From Flavobacteriales bacterium (GTDB lineage: Bacteria; Bacteroidota; Bacteroidia; Flavobacteriales_F; PHOS-HE28), in NCBI GenBank assembly GCA_017987895.1, contig JAGNSU010000003.1, positions 22,033 to 86,032 on the forward strand: a stretch of 64,000 nucleotides of DNA, in the 5' to 3' direction. The notes under the pieces are model-generated. The model made no database searches. It saw only the letters and a program-made list of their open reading frames with translations, and was not told the DNA's origin. Positions 35,423 through 44,766 of this stretch are shown here, one piece after another. The stretch's first letter is position 1. The number at the start of each line of letters is the position of its first letter. Position numbers and translations under genes: made by a program.

Positions 35423-36532
35423 TCAATTCAGTGCGTAGACCTTGCCCGGAAGGGACCTTACCACCCCATTGAACTCAAGGTTCAATAGCAGGGACGAAGC
35501 CCGGTTCTGAGGCAGCTTGCTGTGGTGGCAGAGGTCGTCGATGCCCACCTTGCCGCGTGCCTTGAGCACCTCCACCAAGGCCTGTTCTTCCGGAAGTAGA
35601 TCGGTGAAGAGGGCGGCTTGCACGGGCGCTTTCTTCTTCCCGTTGGGAAGCCATTCCATCCGGGTGAGCACATCCTTCGCGCTGGTGACCAGGGCGGCCT
35701 TGTTCTGTTGGATGAGTTTGTTGCAGCCCTCGCTGCGCGCATCGGTGGGCCGACCTGGGAAGGCGAGCACCTCGCGGTCGTAGCTGTTCGCGATATCAGC
35801 GGTGATCAGGGATCCGCCCTTGGGTCCGCTCTCCACCACGATCGTACAATCGCTCAGGCCTGCGATGATGCGGTTCCGCGCTGGAAAATTGCCTGGGGCG
35901 AAGGAGGACCCACTGGGCAACTCGCTCACCAGAGCTCCTTGTTCGAGCATCTCTTTCGCTGTGGCGGCATGCTCCCCGGGATAGAGCTTGTCCAACCCGT
36001 GCGCCACACAACCAATGGTGGGCGATCCGTTCTTCAGCGCTGTTCGGTGCGCCACGATGTCGATCCCGTAGGCCAGTCCGCTCACAACGGTCACTTGCGC
36101 TTCCTTCAAGCCCTCCACGAGTTCGGCGCAAAGACGCTTCCCTTGCTCGGTGGGCGTGCGTGTGCCCACGATGCTCACCATGCGCGCCGCGTCAAGGTCG
36201 CCGTTGCCTTTGGCGAACAGGAGTACGGGCGCGTCCTCGGCATGCTTCAGGCGTTGTGGGAAATCGGCATCCAGGTAGAAGTGCATCCGCAGCTTGTGCT
36301 TGCGTACATAGGCCAACTCCTTTTCGGCTCCGGCAAGTACCTTTCGGTCGGTGATCGAGGCGATGAGCTTCGGGCCGATACCCGGGACCTTCTCCAACGT
36401 GTTCTTCAGCTTGCGGTCGGTGAAGATCGGATCGACACCCCCGCAGTAGGCCACCAGGTTGCGCGCGTTCACGGGCCCGATGCCCTTGAGCATGCTCAGC
36501 GCGATGCGGTGTATCCAAGTGCTCTCTTCCAT
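35423..36532 (-). CDS. dprA: DNA-processing protein DprA (Smf)
   Basis: N-terminus ALSMLKGIGPVNARNL. The Rossmann core contains GLAYGIDIVAHRTAL and VVESGPKGGSLITA. The track start 36574 is a TTG, so ATG 36532 is preferred. Confidence 0.88.
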   Translation of the reverse strand: MEESTWIHRIALSMLKGIGPVNARNLVAYCGGVDPIFTDRKLKNTLEKVPGIGPKLIASITDRKVLAGAEKELAYVRKHKLRMHFYLDADFPQRLKHAEDAPVLLFAKGNGDLDAARMVSIVGTRTPTEQGKRLCAELVEGLKEAQVTVVSGLAYGIDIVAHRTALKNGSPTIGCVAHGLDKLYPGEHAATAKEMLEQGALVSELPSGSSFAPGNFPARNRIIAGLSDCTIVVESGPKGGSLITADIANSYDREVLAFPGRPTDARSEGCNKLIQQNKAALVTSAKDVLTRMEWLPNGKKKAPVQAALFTDLLPEEQALVEVLKARGKVGIDDLCHHSKLPQNRASSLLLNLEFNGVVRSLPGKVYALN

Positions 36533-36640
36533 GGTGCTCGCCGACACGGATCCCGTCAAGGGTACTTGGCCCAAGATAATCGCACGATCGATGGTGGATG
36601 CGTTGCCAGAGGGCGGCCGGAGCCCCCTTGTGGGTTTGGT

Positions 36641-36648
36641 TACTTTCG
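36641..36648 (+). promoter_or_regulatory. -7 box TACTTTCG, 6 nt upstream of the TonB-dependent receptor ATG
   Basis: Sequence reads TACTTTCG GCGACC ATG. Confidence 0.4.
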
Positions 36649-36654
36649 GCGACC

Positions 36655-39051
36655 ATGAGGAACCGCTTCGCTTTGCTCTCCTTTGGGTTCATCAGCCTGG
36701 TGCAGGCCCAACAGGCCATTGTTACCGGCCGGATCACCGATGCTCTTGCCGGTACGTCCCTGATCGGGGTGAACGTGATCGCCGGGCCCGGGTTAGGCAC
36801 CGCCACCGATGCCGATGGCAACTACCGCTTGACCCTGGACCCGGGTGAGCGCACCATCACTTTCAGCTTCCTCGGCTTCATGAGCCAAACGAGGAAACTG
36901 ACCCTCCAGGCTGGGCAGGAGGAGCGCTTGGACATCGCATTGAGCACCGCCGCCACCCAGTTGGACATGGTGGTGGTAACGGCGGGAAAGTTCGAGCAAC
37001 GGGTGGGGGAGGTGAGCCAAAGCCTCAGCGTTTTACGGCCGGAGGTCATCCAGAACAAGAACATCACCAACGTGAGCGAGGTGCTGGGCCAGGTGCCGGG
37101 CGTGGTGATCATCGATGAGGATCCGCAGATCCGTGCCAGCAGCGGTTTCAGCTACGGCGCGGGAAGCCGCGTGATGGTCCTGGTGGACGACCTACCCGTG
37201 TTGAGCGGTGACATAGGCCGTACCTCGTGGTCTTTGATCCCCACGGAGAACCTGGAGCAGTTGGAAGTGATCAAAGGTGCCTCCTCCGTGCTTTACGGCA
37301 GCGCGGCCTTGAGCGGGGTGATCAACGTGCGCACAGCCTATCCGAAGGAAGAGCCCACCACCCGGGTGAACGTGTTCGCGGGCATGTACGATGGGCCCAG
37401 GAACAAAGCGGCGAACGTGTACGAGGGCCGCAACCAGGGCATGGCGGGCACCAACTTCTTCCACTCCCAACGTTTCGGGCAGTGGGATGTGGTGTTGGGT
37501 GCGAACCTGGTGTGGGACGAAGGATTCCTTGGACCTGAATCCGTGGGCAAGGACACCTTGAACCGAGAGGATCCCAAGTACAGTGAACCGGCCGGTTATG
37601 ATCGCCGGGTGCGCTTGAACGGGGGCGTGCGGTACCGCCACAAGAAGGTGAAGGGCCTGAACTACGGCATCAATGCGAACGCTGTGCGGGCGGAGAACAC
37701 CAGCGTGTTCATTTGGGACGATGCCGATACCAATATCTATCGCGCGGAGAACGGGACGGTGACCCACACGCGGGGCTTCCAGTATTACGTCGATCCCTAC
37801 ATCAACTATCTGAGCGCTCAGCGCACACGGCATAGCCTGCGCGGCCGTTACCTCAGTCAGGCCTTTGATAACAGCGGGAACCAAAGCAACGCCAGCCACT
37901 TCATCTACGGCGAGTATCAGGTGCAGCAACGCCTCGATCTATGGGGCGAAACAGTGCTTACCGGAGGTTTGGTCGGTCAGAGCACACGCTCCTTCGCGGA
38001 CCTGTACAATGGCAATCCGGACAATTCCAGTGAGAACATGGCCTTGAACACATCGGCCTACCTGCAGGTGGACAAGAAATTCTTCAAAGAGCGATTGGTG
38101 CTCAGCGGTGGGGTGCGTTATGAAAGCTTCAAGGTGAACGACGATCAGCAAAGCGTGCCGGTGTACCGCGCGGGCGCTACGGGCCGTGTGGCGCGCGGCA
38201 CCTTTTTGCGGGCCAGCTATGGCCAGGGCTATCGGTTCCCCACCATTGGTGAGCGTTACATCAATACGAACGTGGGCCAGTTGAACATCTTCCCCAACCC
38301 GGGCTTGAAACCCGAGGAGAGTTGGAACGTGGAAGGCGGCATTAAGCAGGGCTTCAAAGTGGGCGGCTTCACCGGCTACTTGGATCTGGTGGCCTTCCAG
38401 CAGGATTTCCAGAACTACATCGAGTTCACCTTCGGGTTCTGGAAGCTGAACCCCCAGGACCTCCTGAGCGGGATCGGTTTCAAGTCGGTCAACACAGGCG
38501 GTGCGAGGGTTCGTGGTCTGGAGGCAGAGTTGGCTGGAAAAGGAAAGATCGGCAACGTGGATCTAGCTATTTTGATGGGCTACACTTGGACGAAGCCCGT
38601 TTCCACAACGCCGAGCCAGGACTATGCTACACCGGCCGTCACCACCATTCCGGCTTACGATTATTTGAACACCAGCTACGACACCACAGGCTACTTGCTG
38701 AAGTTCCGCGTGCAACACCTTTTCCGGGCCGATGTGCAAGCCGAATACTGGAAGCTCTTCGCCGGGGTGAGCGTTCGTTACAATAGCCATGTGCGCAACA
38801 TCGACAAGGTCTTCGTCACCTTGGACGAGACCACCAGCGAAGCATCGGCACTGCGCACCGGCGTGGGCGGATGGATGAAGGAGCACAAGACCGGCGACAC
38901 CATCCTGGACGCCCGCATCGGCTTCAAGTTGGGCGAGAACAACCGCATCGCCTTCATCGTGAACAACCTCACGAACCTCACTTACGCCATCCGCCCGCTG
39001 AGCGTGGAGTCACCGCGTACGTTCCAGCTCCAGTTGAGCCGTTCCATTTAG
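36655..39051 (+). CDS. TonB-dependent outer-membrane receptor with a carboxypeptidase-regulatory-like N-domain
   Basis: ATG 36655 gives the signal peptide MRNRFALLSFGFISLVQAQ. The N-domain is VTGRITDALAGTSLIGVNV..TDADGNYRL. The plug region contains EVIKGASSVLYGSAALSGVINV. A long beta-barrel follows. Confidence 0.9.
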   Translation: MRNRFALLSFGFISLVQAQQAIVTGRITDALAGTSLIGVNVIAGPGLGTATDADGNYRLTLDPGERTITFSFLGFMSQTRKLTLQAGQEERLDIALSTAATQLDMVVVTAGKFEQRVGEVSQSLSVLRPEVIQNKNITNVSEVLGQVPGVVIIDEDPQIRASSGFSYGAGSRVMVLVDDLPVLSGDIGRTSWSLIPTENLEQLEVIKGASSVLYGSAALSGVINVRTAYPKEEPTTRVNVFAGMYDGPRNKAANVYEGRNQGMAGTNFFHSQRFGQWDVVLGANLVWDEGFLGPESVGKDTLNREDPKYSEPAGYDRRVRLNGGVRYRHKKVKGLNYGINANAVRAENTSVFIWDDADTNIYRAENGTVTHTRGFQYYVDPYINYLSAQRTRHSLRGRYLSQAFDNSGNQSNASHFIYGEYQVQQRLDLWGETVLTGGLVGQSTRSFADLYNGNPDNSSENMALNTSAYLQVDKKFFKERLVLSGGVRYESFKVNDDQQSVPVYRAGATGRVARGTFLRASYGQGYRFPTIGERYINTNVGQLNIFPNPGLKPEESWNVEGGIKQGFKVGGFTGYLDLVAFQQDFQNYIEFTFGFWKLNPQDLLSGIGFKSVNTGGARVRGLEAELAGKGKIGNVDLAILMGYTWTKPVSTTPSQDYATPAVTTIPAYDYLNTSYDTTGYLLKFRVQHLFRADVQAEYWKLFAGVSVRYNSHVRNIDKVFVTLDETTSEASALRTGVGGWMKEHKTGDTILDARIGFKLGENNRIAFIVNNLTNLTYAIRPLSVESPRTFQLQLSRSI

Positions 39052-39054
39052 GTC

Positions 39055-39801
39055 GTGCGCATCCTTGGTGTCATTCCCGCGCGGTACGGTAGCAGTCGCC
39101 TGCCGGGCAAGGTGCTGCTCGATATCGGTGGGCGCAGCATGTTGCAGCGCGTTTTCGATCAAGCGGTGTTGAGCCGACATCTTACCGATGTGGTGATCGC
39201 CACGGACGACACGCGCGTGATGCATCATGCCGAAAGCTTCGGCGCGCATGCGGTGATGACCTCGCCCGGCCATCCCAGTGGCACGGACCGATGCCAGGAG
39301 GCGTGGGTGAAGGCTAGGGGCGGCCACGAAGGCGTGGTGAACATCCAGGGCGATGAACCCTTCCTGGACCCGGCACAGATCGATCAGGTCTGTGAAGTGC
39401 TACGTGCTGGCAACGCGTCGATCGCCACGCTGGCCAAGGCCATTGTTACCGATGCCGAACTGGATGACCCCGGTGAGGCGCACCTGGTCGTGGACAAGCA
39501 CATGAACGCATTGTACTTCAGCCGTGCGGCCATTCCATTCCTGCGGGAACGGGTGGCCGGGGCGCGGCATGTCCACTTCCCGTTCTTGAAGCATGTCGGC
39601 ATCTACGGGTACCGGCAGGAGGTGCTGGCACAGCTCGTGGCGCTTCGCCCCTCACCCTTGGAGCAGGCGGAGCGGCTGGAACAATTGCGCTGGTTGGAGA
39701 ACGGCTTTCGCATCACCGTGGCGATCACCGAACACGACAGCTTCTGTGTGGATACGGACGCTGATCTCGAAGAGGCACGCAGGCGGGTTCGGGGGTTGTA
39801 A
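39055..39801 (+). CDS. kdsB: 3-deoxy-manno-octulosonate cytidylyltransferase (CMP-KDO synthetase)
   Basis: GTG start. ILGVIPARYGSSRLPGKVL and VNIQGDEPF are present. Confidence 0.92.
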   Translation: MRILGVIPARYGSSRLPGKVLLDIGGRSMLQRVFDQAVLSRHLTDVVIATDDTRVMHHAESFGAHAVMTSPGHPSGTDRCQEAWVKARGGHEGVVNIQGDEPFLDPAQIDQVCEVLRAGNASIATLAKAIVTDAELDDPGEAHLVVDKHMNALYFSRAAIPFLRERVAGARHVHFPFLKHVGIYGYRQEVLAQLVALRPSPLEQAERLEQLRWLENGFRITVAITEHDSFCVDTDADLEEARRRVRGL

Positions 39802-39815
39802 TTTGGCGCCGTTCC

Positions 39816-40946
39816 ATGGGCATCGAGCGCGACATCCACGACCTGCTGTACCATCACGATTGCGTTATCGTGCCCCAGTTCGGTGGTTTCCTCACGCATT
39901 ACCGCCCGGCCCGTCTGGATGAGGCGCGGCAAGTCGTGCATCCTCCGAGCAAGGACCTGAGTTTCAATCGTCATTTGGTGCGCAACGACGGCCTGCTGGC
40001 GGACCGCCTGGCGAGACGGGAGACCATCGCCTTCGATGACGCGGGCGCGCGCATCGCTGGGGAGGTGCGCGGTTGGCGCGAGAAGATGGAACGTGAAGGC
40101 CGGTTGGAGATCGGACGTGTCGGCACCTTCTTCACCGATGCGGAGGGCAACCTGCAGTTCGAGCCGGACCGCCGGGTGAACTTTTTGCGCGACGCTTTCG
40201 GCCTGCGGCCGGTAAGCGCGATCCCCGTTCCGCGCGCAGCTACCGTCGCCCCGGCCGAACCGGCGGAGGGCATTGCACCGGTAGTGCGCACGTTGCCCCC
40301 AGCCGAGCCGGTCCCTGCGGTGAACGCTGGGCACCCTGAGGTGGAGGCGAACGAGCGCCGTATGCCTTGGTTGTGGGCCGCTGCCGGTACTGCGGCGGTG
40401 TTGTTCCTCACCGCGGCCTACTTCACCATCCAGGCGAGGCCGGATAACGTACAGTGGAGCGGGCTGGACCTGTTCACGAACGCCCCGGCACCCCGTTACC
40501 GCCCCCAGGCCACGCCGTCCACCGCCCTGGTCCCTGACCCCATGGAAGAAATGATGGAACCCATCGGCGCGGGCATTGTATTCCTCCCGCTCACCGGGGA
40601 TGTGGAGCACCTGTTGCCAGTGGACCTGGGCGACCCCCTTGCCGAAGTCTCCGCAGTGGACAGCACCCATGTCGCCACGCCGGTCGTACCCTCGTCCAAT
40701 AAGCCGAGCACACCTTCCGCGGAAGGCCGCTACCATGTGATCGGCGGCTGCTTCAGCATCAAGGAGAACGCCGACCGGTTCATCGAGGATCAAGTGTCGA
40801 AAGGCCATGCCGCCCACCTGGTGGATCAGCACCGAGGGCTCTATCGCGTGGCCATCCACAGTTACGCACGCCGCACCGAGGCGATCGAAGCCATGGAGGC
40901 CCTCCGACAGGGAGAAGCCGAGGGGGCCTGGCTGCTCGTTCAGTGA
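39816..40946 (+). CDS. HU-like N-domain plus SPOR (peptidoglycan-binding) C-domain protein
   Basis: N-terminus LLYHHDCVIVPQFGGFLTHYRPARLD. A Pro/Ala-rich linker contains a TM segment. The SPOR-like C-terminus is GRYHVIGGCFSIKENADRF..GLYRVAIHSYARRTEAIEAMEAL. Confidence 0.75.
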   Translation: MGIERDIHDLLYHHDCVIVPQFGGFLTHYRPARLDEARQVVHPPSKDLSFNRHLVRNDGLLADRLARRETIAFDDAGARIAGEVRGWREKMEREGRLEIGRVGTFFTDAEGNLQFEPDRRVNFLRDAFGLRPVSAIPVPRAATVAPAEPAEGIAPVVRTLPPAEPVPAVNAGHPEVEANERRMPWLWAAAGTAAVLFLTAAYFTIQARPDNVQWSGLDLFTNAPAPRYRPQATPSTALVPDPMEEMMEPIGAGIVFLPLTGDVEHLLPVDLGDPLAEVSAVDSTHVATPVVPSSNKPSTPSAEGRYHVIGGCFSIKENADRFIEDQVSKGHAAHLVDQHRGLYRVAIHSYARRTEAIEAMEALRQGEAEGAWLLVQ

Positions 40947-41002
40947 CCGTGCGCGCGGAGCCTCCACGAAACTACTTTTGCGCCCCCTGTTCAATACCCG
41001 CC

Positions 41003-41398
41003 ATGCGCTCGTTGGAACTTGAAGCCTGCCACATCGATCTGCTCGAAGGGGATATCGCGCATGTGCATTTCCGCGATGGGCACCTGGTGACGCCCGAAGA
41101 GGTCCACCTGATGTTCGAGGCCATCGCTGCGGAACGCGGAGGGCGCAAAGTGTTGCTGCTGGTGAGCGTGGGCGAAGGCACCACCATGACCGGGGAAGCA
41201 CGCACCTATGCGAGCAGTCCCGAGAGCAATGCGTACGTGGCGGCCGATGCCATCATCGTGCGCGACTTCAGCCACAACCTCGCGGCCAATGTGTTCGTGC
41301 GCCATAACAAGCCCACACGCCCGATCCAAATGTTCGGCGACAAGGCGAGCGCGGTAGAATGGTTGACCCAACACCACGACCTGATCGATCCCACATGA
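41003..41398 (+). CDS. Hypothetical protein (STAS/SpoIIAA-like fold suspected)
   Basis: ATG 41003 gives MRSLELEACHIDLLEGDIAHVHFRDGHLVT... I recognise no motif with confidence. Confidence 0.5.
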   Translation: MRSLELEACHIDLLEGDIAHVHFRDGHLVTPEEVHLMFEAIAAERGGRKVLLLVSVGEGTTMTGEARTYASSPESNAYVAADAIIVRDFSHNLAANVFVRHNKPTRPIQMFGDKASAVEWLTQHHDLIDPT

Positions 41399-42039
41399 TG
41401 CGCACCGCGTTCGCCTCCTTCGCTCTTACGTTGCTGATGACCAGTGCTCAGGCGCAGGTCGTTGTTGAACCGGCGGCCCTCACCCTGCGGCTCGCCAAGT
41501 GCGAGGTCACCTGCCTGGCGTTGGCCCCGAAAGGCGATCGGATCCTGATCGGCACCGACAAGGGCGCCGAGCTATGGGATATCCAGAGCGCGAAGAAAGT
41601 GCAGACGTTCGTCTACAACGAGGACGGCAGCAGCACCGTGTACCACGCCGCCTTCAATGAGAACGGGGAGTATGTGGTCTTGATCGGCCACAGCGGCAAG
41701 CGCGTGGTGGGTGATGTGAAGAACGGTAAGATGGACCGTGTGCTGAACACCTACACCTGGCTCCCCGATCCACGGGCCGTGAAAGCCATGGGTTTCGACA
41801 TGAAGAACTCCACCTTCGACCGTTTCTACCAGCAGCTGCAAGCCAAGCACGGGGACATCACCGCGAGATCGGGAGCGAAAGGGATCGTGGAATTCAGCGA
41901 CGCGACCGGCCAGGTCGTGCAAACCCTCACCTTCCCGGAGAACAAGGACCAGCACCACAAAGCACCCTGCCTCTTCATGGATGGGCAGTTCGTGACCGGG
42001 ACAGATGATGGACGCGTGCTTTTCTACACGTTGAAATGA
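41395..42039 (+). CDS. Hypothetical periplasmic protein with WD40-like repeats
   Basis: Signal peptide MMRTAFASFALTLLMTSAQAQ. The start overlaps the upstream stop in an ATGA arrangement. Confidence 0.55.
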   Translation: MMRTAFASFALTLLMTSAQAQVVVEPAALTLRLAKCEVTCLALAPKGDRILIGTDKGAELWDIQSAKKVQTFVYNEDGSSTVYHAAFNENGEYVVLIGHSGKRVVGDVKNGKMDRVLNTYTWLPDPRAVKAMGFDMKNSTFDRFYQQLQAKHGDITARSGAKGIVEFSDATGQVVQTLTFPENKDQHHKAPCLFMDGQFVTGTDDGRVLFYTLK

Positions 42040-42554
42040 GCGCGTTGCCCGCCCGTCCGGTCAGCGACAGCCTCTCGGAGACCACCCACTTCGTGTTGCC
42101 GAACGACACGAACACGATGGGTAACCTGTTCGGTGGACGCCTGCTGCAATGGCTGGATATCTCCTGCGCCATCGCGGCCCACCGGCACTGCAAGCGCGTG
42201 GTGGTGACCGTCGCGGTGAACCACGTGAGCTTCGACCGGCCGATCAAATTGGGCGACCTGGTCACTATCAAGGCCAATGTGAGCCGCGCCTTCGGCACCA
42301 GCATGGAAATATGGGCCGATGTGTGGGTGGAGGACCAAGTGACCGGCGCCAAGATCGCGTGCAACAGCGCCATTTACACCTTCGTCGCTGTTGATCAGGC
42401 TGGCAGAGCCGTCGCTGTGCCGGAAGTGATACCGGAGACCGAGGAACAACAGAAGCGTTACGATGGTGCCCTACGCCGTCGTCAGCTTCGTTTGATCCTC
42501 AGCGGCAAGATGAAGCCCGGCGAGGCCACCGAGCTGAAGGCGTTGTTCGACTAG
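42036..42554 (+). CDS. Acyl-CoA thioesterase (hotdog fold, YciA-like)
   Basis: HFVLPNDTNTMGNLFGGRLLQWLD is typical of this family. The start overlaps the upstream stop in an ATGA arrangement. Confidence 0.85.
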   Translation: MSALPARPVSDSLSETTHFVLPNDTNTMGNLFGGRLLQWLDISCAIAAHRHCKRVVVTVAVNHVSFDRPIKLGDLVTIKANVSRAFGTSMEIWADVWVEDQVTGAKIACNSAIYTFVAVDQAGRAVAVPEVIPETEEQQKRYDGALRRRQLRLILSGKMKPGEATELKALFD

Positions 42555-42580
42555 ATCGCGCGCTCTTTCGCGCTGACGGC

Positions 42581-42943
42581 TTAAAGGCTCTCGTCCAAGG
42601 TCGCCCCGTCGAAGAACTCCCCGGTGTTCGAATCCAATGCGCGAAGGCCGAGCGCGTTCAGCAATGCGGCGACGCATGCGGCGCTCTGAACGCCACCATG
42701 CACATGCGCCACCATGTAGCGTACCTGCTCGGCATCCTCCATGTGGAGTTGGATGCTCAAGTCGATGTCGTCCGAGTTCACGAAGATCCAGTCGGTATCC
42801 TGAAGATCGCCGTTCGGTAGCGCCCGGAGGATCCGCGCCACCACGTCTTCTCGCTCCCCGAGTGGCTTGGGCCGGAAATCCACCGGGATGTCCTTCGCCG
42901 AAGCCACATCAGGCAGGTCTTGGATGAAGATGTCCCAACTCAT
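42581..42943 (-). CDS. Hypothetical 120-aa acidic protein
   Basis: ATG 42943 gives MSWDIFIQDLPDVASAKDIP... Its start overlaps the heptosyltransferase stop in an ATGA arrangement. Confidence 0.55.
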   Translation of the reverse strand: MSWDIFIQDLPDVASAKDIPVDFRPKPLGEREDVVARILRALPNGDLQDTDWIFVNSDDIDLSIQLHMEDAEQVRYMVAHVHGGVQSAACVAALLNALGLRALDSNTGEFFDGATLDESL

Positions 42944-43926
42944 GCTGCGGATACGTTCGCAAGTGTAGCGATGCGCGGAAGATCCTGGCGCTCCATGCAC
43001 CGGAAGTGCCCCTTCGGACAGTGGTCGAAACCGATCTTGCTGCAGGGGCGGCAAGGCAGATCGGCGACTTCGAGCACATGCGCGCGTTCCGGATGCTGCG
43101 GGATGTATGGTCCCATGCCGAAAGCGGGAACGGTATTGCCCCAAATACTGATCGTCCGTTTGCCGAACGCGCACGCGATATGCATGGAGCCGCTGTCGTG
43201 CGTGATCACGCTCTTCGCTTGGCGGATCAGGGAGGCGCTGCCTAAGATGGAGTAACGGCCGGTCGCATCGAACACACGACCACCGATCGCGTCCGCGATG
43301 CGCTGGGCACTGCTGCTGTCCTCACGCCCGCCGATGATCACGATCGGGCCGACGATCTTGCCCGCGAGTTCGATGAGGCGATGATCCGGAAGGCGCTTGG
43401 TGTAGTGCGCTGCACCGATGCAAAGCGCGACATATCCACTGCGATGCACCGGTGGAAGCGAGGCGAGGTCCACCTCCTCATTGGGCGGAATGAAAAGTTC
43501 CAGACCGCCATTGTCGTTCTTCACTCCGAGATGCGCGATCGTGCTTAGATAGCGATCGACGATGTGCAGCTTGGGCAGGCGGTCCACTTTGAAGTTCACC
43601 AGCAGCCACTTCTCGATGTTGAGCTTCGGGAAGCTCGTGGCCTTGATGCCGAGGGCGCGCTTGATGCTAGCCGTGCGCAGATTGTGATGCAGGTCCACCA
43701 CATGATCGAAGCCTTCCTTCTTCAGTTCGGCGATCAGGGCGCGGAGGTCTTCTTTGAGCAGATGCACGCGGTCCACACGCGGTGAATGCGCGACGAGCGG
43801 TGCGAACTCGGCCTTGGTGGCGAAGTGGACCTGCGCGCCCGGCACCTGTTCCTTCAAGCAACGCAGCACCGGGCTGGTGAGCACGATGTCGCCGATGGAA
43901 CTGAAGCGGAGGACCAGGATCTTCAT
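42940..43926 (-). CDS. Glycosyltransferase family 9 (LPS heptosyltransferase-like)
   Basis: ATG 43926 gives MKILVLRFSSIGDIVLTSPVLRCLK. A TACTTTTG box lies 10 nt upstream. The upstream 237 aa of the track ORF are antisense to tatD and rejected. Confidence 0.85.
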   Translation of the reverse strand: MKILVLRFSSIGDIVLTSPVLRCLKEQVPGAQVHFATKAEFAPLVAHSPRVDRVHLLKEDLRALIAELKKEGFDHVVDLHHNLRTASIKRALGIKATSFPKLNIEKWLLVNFKVDRLPKLHIVDRYLSTIAHLGVKNDNGGLELFIPPNEEVDLASLPPVHRSGYVALCIGAAHYTKRLPDHRLIELAGKIVGPIVIIGGREDSSSAQRIADAIGGRVFDATGRYSILGSASLIRQAKSVITHDSGSMHIACAFGKRTISIWGNTVPAFGMGPYIPQHPERAHVLEVADLPCRPCSKIGFDHCPKGHFRCMERQDLPRIATLANVSAA

Positions 43927-43936
43927 CAAGAGCGGC

Positions 43937-43944
43937 CAAAAGTA
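43937..43944 (-). promoter_or_regulatory. -7 box TACTTTTG upstream of the GT9 gene
   Basis: The plus strand reads CAAAAGTA. Confidence 0.5.
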
Positions 43945-43998
43945 GGCCAGTGCCCACTGGCGGAACGGCCAATGGTGCGATCGACCGATCTTGCGCCG

Positions 43999-44766
43999 AT
44001 GTTCGTCGACACCCACGCCCACCTCTACCACACCCAGTTCGATGGCGACCGGGAGGCCATGCTGCAACGCGCGGCGGATGCGGGAGTGACGAAACTCTTC
44101 CTTCCGAACGTCGATCATGACAGCATCGAGGCCATGCACGCGCTGGCCGATGCGCATCCTGAGCGCTGCTTCCCGATGATGGGCGTGCATCCGTGCAGTG
44201 TGGTCGAACGCAACGACGCCGCGCTTGATGAAGTGGAGAAGCTTTTGCGCACCGGACGCTACTGTGCTGTGGGAGAGATCGGTATCGACCTCTATTGGGA
44301 CAAGACCTGGCTGAAACAGCAGCAGGACACCTTCCGCCGGCAGGTCCGCTGGGCGAAGGAGCTTCGGCTCCCGATCGTGATCCACTGCCGCGAGAGCTTC
44401 GAAGAAGTGATCACGATCGTGGAAGAGGAGAAAGACGAACACCTGCGCGGGGTGTTCCATTGCTTCAGCGGCACGGCGGATCACGGCCGCCGCGTCCTGG
44501 CCTTGGACGGCTTCTTTCTCGGTATCGGAGGCGTGATCACTTACCCGAAGAGCGGGCTGGCCCAGGTGATGACCGAACTCGGTTCGGAGCGTTGTGTGCT
44601 GGAGACGGACGCGCCCTATCTCGCGCCTGTGCCCCATCGCGGTAAGCGGAACGAGAGCAGCTACATTCCTTTGATCGCGGAAGCGCTGGCCCGAGCCACC
44701 GACCGCACCCTAGCGGAGATAGCGTCGATCACCACGATGAACGCCAATACCCTTTTCGGCCAATGA
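43999..44766 (+). CDS. tatD: TatD-family metal-dependent hydrolase
   Basis: ATG 43999 gives MFVDTHAHLY. Later histidine motifs VIHCRES and GVFHCFSG are present. Confidence 0.9.
   Translation: MFVDTHAHLYHTQFDGDREAMLQRAADAGVTKLFLPNVDHDSIEAMHALADAHPERCFPMMGVHPCSVVERNDAALDEVEKLLRTGRYCAVGEIGIDLYWDKTWLKQQQDTFRRQVRWAKELRLPIVIHCRESFEEVITIVEEEKDEHLRGVFHCFSGTADHGRRVLALDGFFLGIGGVITYPKSGLAQVMTELGSERCVLETDAPYLAPVPHRGKRNESSYIPLIAEALARATDRTLAEIASITTMNANTLFGQ

Noticed and set aside
39603-41201. 532-aa minus-strand ORF
   Set aside because: It is antisense to three plus-strand genes with recognisable domains (kdsB end, HU/SPOR protein and the downstream gene).
43927-44637. Upstream 237 aa of ORF 42940-44637
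   Set aside because: It is antisense to tatD. The GT9 protein begins with its canonical MKILVLRFSSIGD at 43926, and a TACTTTTG box lies 10 nt upstream.
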